Both the position numbers and the translations under genes were made by a program. A stretch of DNA of 63,396 nucleotides, counting the filler, from Perkinsus chesapeaki ATCC PRA-425 (lineage: Eukaryota > Protista > Perkinsozoa): the NCBI GenBank assembly GCA_013115145.1. It is 8 parts of 8 records of this genome, joined end to end, with 100 filler letters (N's around TTAATTAATTAA, not from the genome) between each part and the next. Parts side by side here need not be neighbours in the genome. Positions count along the whole stretch, not along the records: positions 1 to 18,796 come from JAAPAO010000653.1; 7 more parts are not named here. The stretch is one strand, 5' to 3'. The notes beneath the pieces are model-generated. The model was given only the letters and a program-made list of their open reading frames with translations. It did no database searches and was not told the origin of the DNA. The number at the start of each line of letters is the position of its first letter. Position 1 is the stretch's first letter. Positions 1 to 11,393 of this stretch are shown here, piece by piece.

Positions 1-145
1 CCTCCGTATCACTAGTAACATATTTCCTATCAAACTCCTTTCTATTATATCTCCTCCTCCGTATCACTAGTAATACATATTTCCTATCAAACTCCTTTCT
101 ATTATATCTCCTCCTCCATATCACTAGTAACATATTTACTATCAG
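1..145. repeat. 55-57-bp tandem minisatellite (~2.6 copies), probably intronic
   Basis: Unit cctccgtatcactagtaacatatttcctatcaaactcctttctattatatctcct starts at 1, 56 and 113; its reverse complement occurs at 48188-48287. Confidence 0.9.
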
Positions 146-3100
146 ATTATGAGTCTGGGGCAGCTTCCCCCCACGAGGAGGCCGACTATGACGAGTATCG
201 GTCACCCAGCGATCGAACCGTTGGGGAATCGAATTGATAGAGGTAATCGTTACCTCAGTTGATAGGCGAGGAAAATCGAAAGTTGAGCGGAGCTTAATCC
301 TTGTATCCAGAGAACATATCGGCCTTTTCATTATTTTTACCTTGAGCTCTCCGGAGAGCCTAGATTAAACCATCTCATCGTTTTCTGGAAGAATTACAGG
401 AAACGGTAAAATCTACGTTAACCCCTCGGCGATTTTTTCAGGTCACCAATGGCTGGGTGGAACAGAAAATTTTGGATTTTTTTTGTCAATATATCCTGGA
501 GCGCTTTTTGTGAGTTTACTTGTGTCCTTCAGCATCCCTGGCGAGCATCTTGTCCAATCGTCCAGGACGGCCAACCTTCACTGAAGAAGAAGGCGAAGCG
601 AAGCGACGCAAGATGTGAGAATTTGGGGAGTGGAACAGTTCGATATAGAATTGGGAATTTCCATAAAATGGAGGAAATGAAGTCTGCTTCTGTCGGTCAG
701 AGATTTTCGAGGTAAAAATTTTACGGCAAGTTCGGATAGCTTTACCGAAATTGATTTTGGTCGAGATATTTCAAGAATACTCGATGCTTAACAAAGTGAC
801 TATTTAATAGAAGAGATATTAATCGATCGTTTCTGTTGGTCAGCGGGAATTTATAGGAATTTTTTTACAAAATTTTTTACAATTTTCTTACAATTTCGAT
901 AGTATCCTTTTGTACGTATCTGTCTGATACGCAACTAACACAATTTCCAGTGTTCCACTCTATGGAGTTTTTGAATGTGACAAACTGAGTATAGTAACTG
1001 GACCAAATAGTCTGTCTTATTCGAATCGATCGACCGTTTCGGGACTTTTATAACTATGGAATCGTTTTGCGCAGATTCTGCGCCGCAGAAAACCGTCCTG
1101 TCAGATTCTAAAGTAGAAGAAATATCTGCCGATCGCTTTCGTTGTTCGGTGGAAATTTTGACGAGATTTTTCCTCCGAGTCGTCTTTTAAAATGTTTAAA
1201 ATGTAAAAGTGAAATGATGCCTTTGCTAATCGGAAAAAGTACGCCAGTGCAAGTTAGATTTCAGGTCTCAAATATCAACTTCCTTTGTTGATGAAGATGA
1301 TGAGGATTACCGTCCGTCGCTCACAATCGCGAGAGCTCACGCGGTGGTGAGGAGTGTCAGTCAGAGGCACTTGATAGGTTCGGAACTTCCTGTGATGCCT
1401 GTTGCAGAAGGGCGGAGCGAAGTGAGTTTTTTATACGTTTTTTCGTTTTACTATAAGTTTTCAGGAGCCGGAGGAAAACGGCGAAACGAATGAAATTGAG
1501 GAAGATGCAGCGGAAAAGGAGGAGGAATCTCTGCCAGATTGTGAGCCTCCCACTGGACCACCAGCGGTCCCAAAACGTGAGCTGGGGGGGAAGTATTTCC
1601 GGGGTAGGTAAAATCTAACTTGACGGGTTGCAAAATGCAACTTACATGGAACTCGGTTTCTGTAGAGCCTTTCTCCTTTGTCTTGAGGAGATGTTATATA
1701 TTTTTCTGCTCTATTGTTCATATTGATAATATCTTTTTTATATTATTTCAACTGTGGCAGCCTAAAGGGTGTTTTGAAATTCCGTGAGCACTTTTGAAAA
1801 TAGATTGCTCATCAACGCATGCGAAGCTTTTTCAAAGTTGAATTTGGACATCAGTGCGTTCGAGAAGCTTACCAAGTTTGTATCAGTTTCGTGGCGCGTG
1901 AGAAAGTAGAATCATCCAAGTTGCTGCTAGGGTGTGCCGAAGTTAAAAGTCGGCAAAACTTTTGTTATTATGTTGCAAGTCATGTGGGGAAGTTGATCTG
2001 AAATGGTAGCCGATCGATATTGCTCTGAGAGGGAGTAAGTTGCAATAGGTTTAAGGTTATGAGGGAAGTGAAATCCAGCCAGCGAAAAATAAGCATATTA
2101 ATAAAAATGATCTCAACTGAAAACAATGGGATCGTCGAATAGGACATAAATTTCAAATGTCGATTGAAAGCCCTATAGAATTTAAAGCGGTCTTGAATGT
2201 TCCAGATTTGCCGTCCCCTCCTCCTCCTCCTCCCCCACCACCACCGATCTCGTCTGCGAAGGGTTCACCACCGGTTGGCTTGCCATTAACAAGAGCTAAA
2301 GGCAAAGTAAAACACCTCCGCCAGGGTTCGAACCGGAGACCTTTCGATTGCAGGCGCCACCGCCACCGTTCCTGATGGCGTCCGCCAAGGGTAAAGCTCC
2401 ACTGCCGAGCCCGCCCGGAATGAAAAATGGTGAAAAACGTATCCGTCTCGAATCGAACCCATGACCTTCGCGCAGGTAAAGCACCGCCGCCGACGCCGCT
2501 TAAAGCAGCGATTAAAATGGGACCGCCGGTGGCGCCGTTGAGGCCACTTTTTTGGACCAGTGTTCCCATGGGTGAGTTCGGATGGGTTGGATCATACTGG
2601 ATTTCCAAATCTCTCGATCGCAAGTCTTTGAATTTGATACTTTACTGCGTTTCCGTATTTAATATTTTTAGGGAGAAACTGATGAAACGAGTCAAATGAT
2701 GCAAATTTCGTGGGAAAACGGTTCTACTTCATCTGGAGAATCTGACAGTGTCAAGTTGATTCTGAGCTTTTTTTGTGACCGCGTCGTTCTTGTCAACCTC
2801 AATCTCATCAACGTTGGTTCGTATAATTCGTGTAGTCGATCTGTGGGCATTTACTCGCCATACTGTCACTTTTTAAACTGACTGAGGGTCACAGATTAGC
2901 CGATCTCAGGAGTGTTCGAAAGGAAGAGGGTAAATCTAGGACTTCATCTGTGCCTTTATGTAGTCTAATTTCGACGGTTTACATGATCCAAGCTCGGAAC
3001 TGAATAGGGTCTTGGGAACCGAAATGAAGTCTTTCTACCCCCAGGTCCACGCGACAGACTTCAGAACAACTTTTGGAAGAGTGTTAAGCAGGTAAAAGCT

Positions 3101-5685
3101 CAATGTGGTGCTTGCACGATCTTGGATTCGTCTTAGGGTTCGAAGCTCATCGATGAAGATACGATTCCATGGTGCGCTGAATACGTGGATGAAAATGAAC
3201 TGCAGGCTACGTAAGATATGAAATATTTATAGTGCGCAAAATATCTTTACGATCCTCAGGGAGTGAGGAAAAAAAGATTCGGAAAATTTTCCATTGCAGA
3301 ATTCGCGTCACAATTTTTTCAATCCGATCTCACGATATGAATTTTCTATTGTTATTCGGAAATCTTAATACAGTATTAGACTTGAAAATTCTTCGTAGTG
3401 CGCATAATCCCAAGATATCAGATTTTCTTTATAGTGCGCAATATGATTCCTTAGATTCGGTCAAAACGCAACAAAGGCGAGTTCGTCGAAGTTATCCAGC
3501 GGTCGGCCGGGTAGCGCGCCTGCACTGCACCGCCGTAAGGTGTTGAAGCTTCTGGATGATAAACGGTCTCATGTAGGTGGCGAGACAGGTTTGTAGGTGA
3601 TCGATGGACTCATCGTTGGTTTGCTTATGAATATCAATCATATTTTTTATGAACCGCATATGAATTTTATGCGGATACTCGTTGTATTGTTGTGCCTGAT
3701 CATTCCCTTATCATTCTTCTCAAAATTCATTGAAACTTAGTATCAGCTTTTCCTGCATCACCAGTTCTACTTGTTGGGCATCATTTCTTCTTGAGTGTCA
3801 GTGAAATTTCACTGAGGTGTTTGAATAAAATACAAAATCGCTTTTACGGGTAAGTCCATTACTTCCAAGGGATCTTCGTTAATATGTACCACTCCAACGC
3901 AGCCCTGAAAACTGGCTGAATGCCGGCGTAGCAAAGCGCTGAGAGTTTCGGAGTGTATTTTGTTTTCGACCTTCCAAATGCTTTTTGTGTCAGATTCTGG
4001 CCATTGCATTTCGCCCCTTGCCATCTCCAGATAAACTGTTGCACATCATAGCCTCGGGAGATGTTTCAGCTCTCACTGGTAAGGGACGTGCTTGGAATTC
4101 GCGAGCATTGTTTCGATTCCGATGGAAATGCGGCTGCGTGGGATAGAACCAGGGACCTTTTGCTTGACAGGCGCGCAACTTACCATGTTGGCCGATGAGG
4201 TGCCTACTCCAGACGAGGCTGAAGAATTGGCGGCCATGGAGATCAGAGCTGAGCAAGAAGGGGTGAGTGATAAACTAGATAGATCAGAGGAAAATCGATC
4301 GGGTGATCGATTTCGGGATGCCAGCGTTATCACGACGCTGGCATCCCGAAATCTATTTAATCATTAAATCAATCATGACACCGTCATGTCTAATAGTTGT
4401 ATTTGAATTCAAATATGTCGACCTCAGAACACGGCTCTTTGGGATACACCGGAGCAGTACCTCGTAGCCCTGTCCTCGGCGAAGGATACGAAGAGCGTCC
4501 TCAAGGCATGGGCGTTCGGCGCCAACGTAAGGTAAGACATCTGTAAAGATACTACTCGCACACGGAAGATTTGTCACGGAGAGGTTGTAGAAATTTTCGG
4601 AGATTCTTGCCAAGTAAACGCTGCGAGGAATTTTTTTTTTTTCATTTGAAGATATCCGAACGATTTTAGAATTTTTCATTGGAAGTATGAAATCTTTCCG
4701 GGGAAATGTCTCTCGTCAGAATCTGTTCGAAAGGAACTGTCAGAATTGTACTGTCAGAGATGGTTTGCTGAGCGATGCTCGCGACCAGCTTGAAGCACTT
4801 AATGCAGCGTGTCAAGCGATGAAGGAATCGAAGGAATTGGTTGACCTGGTCAGGTGAAGGAGGAATGATCGGCGTGAATTTGCTTAATGTTTCGGTGTAG
4901 GGTAATGTTGTCGATTGGCAATAGAGTTAATGCTAATACGGCCAGGGGAGGAGCGGAGGTACATAATCGATCACGCGATCGATATTGGTCAAGGTCACCT
5001 CTCAGATCCTGAGCATGGATTCTCTGCTGAGATTCGATAATGTTCGAAGTCCATGCGACACTTCGATGACTCTGCTGAAGTATTGTGTACAAACATGGAA
5101 AAAGAAAAATGGTAGGCGGAGCGATGTGATTCGAATCCGAGGAGAATCTCTTTCGTGAAGGTCGTTCGCCCAGTATGATATCGATGTTAACGAAGATGCT
5201 GAGGCCTGTGACGCATCCCAAGACGAAGGTATATCCCGACCTGTTTTGTATCTTCCCACCTCCGACCTTGGATACACTTCCAATCTCAGATTCCGGATAT
5301 TAAGGAGATTGACAAAGACGTCAAACGCATCGCTGGTCTTTCCAGAGAAGCAAAAACACTATTAGAATGCCTCAGGTTGGTTACTCTAGAGTGCGCGCCT
5401 CCCCGAATCATTGTACAGGCAAGAACCGAATTATGAGTCGGAAGTGATACCGTTGGTAGAGGAAGGAATGAGAAGAGCGGACGAATTGCAGGTAGATTAT
5501 TCTGGTGTTCGACAGCGATTATTGTCGAGTAGGATTATCTGAAGAAAACCATGGCGAGCTGGAAGTCAACTCTGGAGTACTTCTGTGTTAAAAACGAGAG
5601 TCCACTGGCTGAGAAGTCAGACGAGTTCTTCGAAGTGATGAAGAGCTTCATTCAACTGGTTGGCAATTATGCTGCAACTGATTGA
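146..5685 (+). CDS. Formin (FH1 poly-Pro + FH2), multi-exon; 5' boundary uncertain
   Basis: Manually spliced exons give DLPSPPPPPPPPPP...KGK|APPPP...KGKAPLPSP...GKAPPPTP (FH1). FH2 motifs follow: LRPLFWTSVP, KLLDDKRSH, IASGDVSALTGAQLTMLADEVPTPDE, VMLSIGNRVNANTARGGA, SMDSLLRFDNVRS..TLLKY, TLEYFC...DEFFEVMKSF. Stop TGA at 5683-5685. Confidence 0.88.
2307..2353 (-). other. 47-nt formin intron that is an antisense tRNA-like 3' half plus oligo-T
   Basis: Reverse complement = CT-GCA-AT cgaaaggtc tccgg TTCGAAC cctgg cggaggtg TTTT ac. Removing the intron restores KGK|APPPP in frame. Confidence 0.75.
2430..2475 (-). other. 46-nt formin intron that is an antisense tRNA-like 3' half plus oligo-T
   Basis: Reverse complement = ctgcg cgaaggtc atggg TTCGATT cgaga cggatacg TTTTT cac. 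Splicing restores G|KAPPPTP in frame. Confidence 0.7.
4125..4170 (-). other. Antisense tRNA-like 3' half forming the 3' end of formin intron 4079-4170
   Basis: Reverse complement = CT-GTC-aa gcaaaaggtc cctgg TTCTATC ccacg cagccgca ttt; the acceptor AG is the complement of the anticodon-loop CT. Confidence 0.65.
4309..4353. repeat. Perfect inverted repeat, 19-bp arms, 7-nt loop (intronic)
   Basis: gatttcgggatgccagcgt-tatcacg-acgctggcatcccgaaatc. Confidence 0.95.
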
Positions 5686-7415
5686 TAGAATTAATAAATG
5701 CTAAATGCTGCTGATTGCATCCCTTCACAATTGACGTATTGTGTTGGGTAACAGTGCTACCGCGGGGTCAAAGATACGCTTTCTGCGTGAATAGAATGAG
5801 TTGACACCTTGTTCCGAACAATAATATCTTCCAGTCTGGATGATAACAACCGCGCTGCTCCACGCACCTGGGACAGAGACTCTGTCGCAGAGCAGTTGAA
5901 GCACGCACAAAGTTAGATAGTGACGGCTGAGGTCACCCTTCATGAGAGGCACAAGTTGAGCGGCACAACAGTGAAAAGGCAAAATCAATTAATATTCGCA
6001 AGTGATATCAATCCAATACGGTGTACTCTTTGACGATTGTGTTGACCTGTATAACCGGAGCATACGGCTCAGATGCAAGTCCCGCATTCTTATTGTAAAA
6101 GTCTTATGATGGTACACCCATATAAGACACAAGGTTCCCCCTGTGGTGGCAGCGGCGGGTTTCAAGGCTCAAAGTTTGGGCATGTATCTCCGAGTGGAGG
6201 ATCATTCGCGCGATGGGCATCGGAACCACATCACAGCCAAGGGGAATACGACGGATTCAACACGATATGATCGTTAACCCTTTGAGCACAAATTATCGGA
6301 GCCAATACATAACTGTACGTCGGAAGGGACTCATGAACCTCACGGTTAGGTATGTGATTATATGACCTGTAGAGGACGAGTCGTATTAGGCTTGTACGGC
6401 CTACGGGACATTCCTTGAAGGTCTTCGTTGTAGCCGTCTTCTTGTAATGAGGTGACAATTTGAGGTATAATATTAACAGTATTATAATATAGTAATTACT
6501 TCAAATGTTGATAATATTGGTTACTACTGTTCGCTTGAGCGCATCGGTCGTCACACAAAGTCTCTCCCGTTAAGGGAGGACAAGATAGGCTTGTGTCCGA
6601 CAATACGAAAGACATTGCGCTTAAGCGTAGATTGATATACTGAGTTACACGCTAAGCTTAGAAAAGCAAAACGGTTTCCACTCCCTCGTCCATTAGACGA
6701 GTCAGATACTCTATGGTGGAGAGCAGCAATACCTGCCGTAGAGTCAGATACTACATCGTTAGCTTACTTTGATTCAGTTAAGGAATTTATCAGCTGTGTT
6801 AGATCAATTAACTCGAGTCTCAAGGATAGAAGGTCGAATGAGCCTTAACACTAGTGGGAATCCCTGGGAAACTTTGAAATTACTACTATTGTCTACAGCA
6901 TTTTTCGGTCATGTTGCCGACGCACTGTTATTTCCGAGGGACAGCGAGCAAATATCCGGCGCGTCACAATTAGTTCTGACCAGCACGTATTGATTCGATC
7001 CAATCATTTTACGTTCAATTTATGCATCGCAAATATCCGACTATCATTCAAATATGCGATAGCCTCGGCATAGCCATTCGGCACGAAAATAAATTATCCG
7101 ACACAGGCATGACATCCATGAGAGTGTCAACCATAGCTTTCACGGGAACGGTTCGAACATGATTATGTAGCTGCGGAAAAGACCGGGTTAAATTGATGTT
7201 CCTATAGACAACTCAATGCCAAATGGAACAAAGTGAACAAGTATTAAACAAGCTCAACTGAATAATAGTGGTACTGATACTTTATCTGTTCTCATTCACT
7301 CAACTCGTTCTACAGCATGCATTAGATATTTCTTCAAAGTATCGCTCGCCCAAAGATATTGCACAATTTATGCGCAGTGGGACGCATCAAATGCTGGGCG
7401 AATGACACGCCTCGC

Positions 7416-7610
7416 TCATACTCTAAGGGTTTCGTAAATGCAAGCTTCAATGAAAGGCATTCCATCCATCATCAGTGCTTCACATGGGCCATCGCCCAGT
7501 CCTTCCGCTTCTTGCCGAGCCCGACGCTGGACTTCAGGGTTGATGGAGAATAGGTAAAGCAACCAGGAGACGGAAATAGAAACCGTCGGAAATAGAAATA
7601 GCAACCAGAA
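7416..7610 (-). pseudogene. Cytochrome P450 fragment (I/J/K helices)
   Basis: TVSISVSWLLYLFSINPEVQRRARQEA...MPFIEACIYETLRV (ExxR). No heme motif FxxGxRxCxG found nearby; a short internal duplication (tttctatttccg x2) sits at its 5' edge. Confidence 0.65.
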
Positions 7611-7842
7611 GCCGAGACGACTTTCGAAGCGCACTTGCGTATATCTAGTTCGGGATCCGCCCAAAGCGTTCTGCAGGCATTGTCAGGATTTATGTCACTG
7701 ACCTTTCGAAAATTTCGAATCGAAATGACGTGCACTGCACTCTTATGTACCTCAAGGAAGGTATTCTTTAAACACCACGTAAGCTCTCATATTTGGGCTT
7801 ACCTTCTTGTCAGCTTTGGAGCTCATCGTCGTCAGAAGCCCG

Positions 7843-8638
7843 TTGATGTGGTTCTCCCTCAGAATCTCGTCGGCGTGCCTTCTCCTTTGTAACCCTTCGC
7901 TCCGCCCTTCGCTCCGCCCTTGTGTATGCGTGCACGGTATTCTGAGCATTAGCTATATTTTCATATTCCGTCTCACAAGCTCCTTCTGACCTTGTGTTCT
8001 ACGTATGAGTAAGAATACTGCAACAGTCACGGCCCAGGGGAGAAGACAAGAAGCAAAGTATGCTAGACCTTCCTTCTCCAACTCGGGATCACCACAGAAA
8101 GACTCCAGCGGTTCAGTGAGGATGAAAGTGTTGTCCTTGGTCGCCGCCGCTAGCGCATCCGTGCTGAACAGCCTCGGGTCGAAGCTACCGATTCCAGACT
8201 TTCTGATAACGTCCATAGCCGCCTTGTGAACAACGTTCTTATCGTCGGGGTTGTCATATTGCTTCTTATTGTTGAGCTCCTCGACGAGCTTGGCGACAAA
8301 GTCATCAGCATCGCGTGACACGGCGGTCTCACTAGGATCTTCGTCCAGGACGATCTCGGGGTCTTTTGGGACCTCGGTAGTAGATACCTTAGCAATCTCG
8401 GCTCTAAGCTTGGAAACCTTTTTGGATTTTGGTTTCTGCTTTGGAGATGGATCGACGACTTCGCCACTGCCCCTGGCACCACCCTTGCCAGGGTTGCTAC
8501 CGTTGTCGTCATCGATGGGGTCAGCAGGGGGGGGGATTTCTCGGCATCGTCCTGGATGGGCGCGGCGGCGTTCTTCTTGCCGTCGTTGACGGGCTCGGCT
8601 TTCTTGTTCTTGTCGTCGTTGTCGGTCTTCTTTGGCAT
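7843..8638 (-). CDS. Intronless charged/low-complexity ORF, possibly a decayed gag; frameshifted
   Basis: MPKKTDNDDKNKK... changes frame at a C9 run (8527-8535) into PADPIDDD...SRDADDFVAKLVEEL. A further frame change near 8000 reads ...YENIANAQNTVHAYTRAERRA. GC-rich hairpin leader upstream (8750-8910). Confidence 0.4.
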
Positions 8639-9057
8639 GATGTTAACAAATGAGCTGATGTTACTCAACGCAAATCGCAATTCTGCAGCAGAATTGTATA
8701 TATGAGCCACCAAGGGGCTTATGCGGCCTCTAGGGACCGAGACGGACGCCACAGAGGGCCCGCCGCAAGGGGCGTCGAAAACCCCTCGGAGGGGATATTT
8801 TCTTTTTCTCTGACGTATCTGAAAAAGAAGACCAAGCCGACAAACTAGCTGGGAGTTTGTCTGGCCCGCGCGCTATAGCGTGGTCGATCGAGGGGGGCGC
8901 GCGCGGGATGAGCAAGCCGCCAATCGCTAACGCAATTACCTTGCTATATAGGTGCCCAGAGATTCGAGATGTACGCCTGATCGGGCACCATCATAGGGCA
9001 GTTTAATGCAAGTGCGTAACATCAGTTAAGATATACAAGAATTGGGGGGGATGCCTT

Positions 9058-9108
9058 GTGTGATTCTTAAGGCCTTGAAGGCAGCCTTCAAGGCCTTAAG
9101 AATCACAC
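9058..9108. repeat. Perfect 51-bp palindrome (25-bp arms, 1-nt loop)
   Basis: gtgtgattcttaaggccttgaaggc-a-gccttcaaggccttaagaatcacac. Confidence 0.97.
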
Positions 9109-9233
9109 TACTCCGTTAGTACATCTTCGAGTTCAGACTCGAATACAGACTCCAGACTCTGGAGTCCAGAGAATACAGGTAGAGATACTGGGAGCCGGAA
9201 CAACGCATTTGAAATTGCTGAATTCATACAGGC

Positions 9234-9848
9234 CGTCGCCGAAACGTTGATAGATCAACTCAGGCGAACAGGACATAGCTTTGCGCCATAGCTGCTTTCA
9301 GAGTAAAAATGGCATGTACCTCAACGCAGCAGTTGTATAACAGTCTCCAGCAGTGAAATATTGATTTGCCAAATTTTGGCAGTGCCAGTCTGTACCACTG
9401 GCAGAGGTACAGACTGTTCCTCTGGCAACCATGGTAAGAATATCTCACTTCCCGGTGAGACAAACTACCCTTGTGAATATTCCAAGACATCTGATTGTAC
9501 TATATGTGTGGCTGGTACGCAGAGTGCTGGCATGAAGCTACACCCGAAGAGCAACTATGCACCGTTTGTGGATGTAGCCGTTCCGGCCAACGTGTACAGC
9601 ACCACACTGTCTGGTGGCTATAACAGTTTCGCTGGGACCTCGGGCTCTGCTGCTATAGTCGCTGGTGTTATAGCGATGTTAAAAAGTGTGGCTCCACGTC
9701 CCTTGTCCGTCAAGGAACTCAAGCCTATAATCAAAACTACCAGTTCTCGTGGGGTCAAGAGCTCTGATGGGAAAACTAAGTTTTCAAAACTTCGATGGCA
9801 TTCGGCAGGCTGAATGCTCTCAAGGCTATAGAAAAGGTGATCAGATAA
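9234..9848 (+). pseudogene. Subtilisin-like (S8) serine protease 3' remnant
   Basis: SGNHG (oxyanion Asn), SNYAPFVDVAVPANVYST...GYNSFAGTSGSAAIVAGVIAML (catalytic Ser). Frameshift before FGRLNALKAIEKVIR*; in-frame stops upstream; no Asp/His segment seen. Confidence 0.8.
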
Positions 9849-11301
9849 TACGCTCTAAAGACTTCAGACTGAAGTGACGGCAAACTGGGCTCCAATTTCA
9901 TAAAGTTTTGTAGAAATCCTTTGGTGTATCTGTGTCACAGATTCTGGGATATATAGCCACAATACCTGATACATTGTCAGTGTCGACGTCGTCTTGTCAG
10001 AACGTCTCACATTTAGTTTTGAGTTTTACAGTTAATTGTGCAAAAGTCAATTAATGCAGCATTGATGGCATCAATCTCAGCAATGCCAGGATCAATTCCA
10101 TGCTGACCGCTAGTAACTGACATCAGTATGACGTTCTTCCGAACAGTCTGTGAGCCTCTACAGATTAGATTCCAAGTCCAATGATCCGAAATTCAGATTC
10201 TGAATTGTCTTAGCAAGTAGTTGCGACTATAAGTTGTTTGCGACTAAGTTTGACAGATTATTCAAGATAGTGACATATGATTTGGGGCCTCGCTCTATTC
10301 TGACGAGTGCTGCACTTATGCATAGCCTAGACACAAGTGCGCGCTCTAGGTTATGAAACAAAAGAAGGGACAGCTCCGGTCAGTTGCGCGAACGACAGTG
10401 CTAGTCTTCGACTAGCTCTCAGCGGTTAGTCTGCTCTGATAGGATATGTGTGTCAGGCTAATAGCGTAAAGCTTCGAACTCTGAGTCAGAGTCTCTGACT
10501 CAGGGTCCCTGAGGTTGGTTCCACCTTGGCCTAACTTTAAATGAACGGAAATCTACTCTGTAGAGACTGTGCTGCGGTCACTGCAGTGCTGGTGTCCTGG
10601 GGTTTCCTCCCACTAGCCCCGAACTCACACCTCAGAACATCCTTCAACATAGTCCCATAAGGAAGTTCAAAAACAACTAGGTCTCCGGTGCGGAGGGGCG
10701 GAGCTCGCTAAAATTGTATCACTAACCAACGCAAAGGTTTCCTGTTTAACAACAACCGATTAGCGTTCGACTAGCAGAGCCGTCAAAACGAAGACTGACG
10801 TCTTTGTTGAACAAAGTTTGTTCTTACAGTTCAGAGAATGCAAAGCCACTTAGTAAACTTCGAGAACGCCGATCCAGAATTATACGGCCGTGTTTCGTAG
10901 TCGGTTCTCTAGCCTGCGACGTCCCTCGGTGCCCTTCCCTTTTCAGACCCTGTTCCACCGCGCTAATCTCAAGTTCCGTCGGTCTGCAACATCAACAACG
11001 AAGCTGGAAAGCGCCTCAAACGAGAACCGGCATGGAACGAAAACCGCCTTGAAAATGTTTTCGATGGTGCTGTTCCGTAGAACTGTAACCAACTCAAACG
11101 CGCAAAGCAATAAACCAGATACTTGTCCTTTGAGGCCTGCGTTCTAATAACCGAGTAGAGTCGATAACCAGAACGGAGTACACGCAGTGAGGGGATCGAT
11201 GAGACGAAACAATCACTGGGGGCAGCTCTTACGTTTGAGTTTGTTTACTCTTGAGTCAAATGGCGCGTGCTCGGTTGCTCAACAGTAGTGGGCGTTGGGA
11301 C

Positions 11302-11393
11302 ATGCTAGTCAGGAGCGGAAGCACCCATGTGATGCTAGTCAGGAGCGGAAGCACCCATGTGATGCTAGTCAGGAGCGGAAGCACCCATGTGAT
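11302..11393 (+). repeat. 30-bp unit x3 abutting the LINE 5' end
   Basis: atgctagtcaggagcggaagcacccatgtg repeated at 11302, 11332 and 11362. Confidence 0.95.

Noticed and set aside
3600-4000. Minus-strand ORF fragments inside a long formin intron
   Set aside because: Multiple stops and no recognisable domain; cannot be assigned.
5960-6480. Possible LTR-element 3' remnant on the minus strand (agggggaa-cct-TGTG at ~6130-6142)
   Set aside because: Purine tract is short, there is no partner LTR, and no enzyme motif is recognisable.
11302-11393. Short direct repeats (also 41111-41210, 43586-43763) as CRISPR arrays
   Set aside because: Units abut without unique spacers, the context is eukaryotic, and no cas genes are present.
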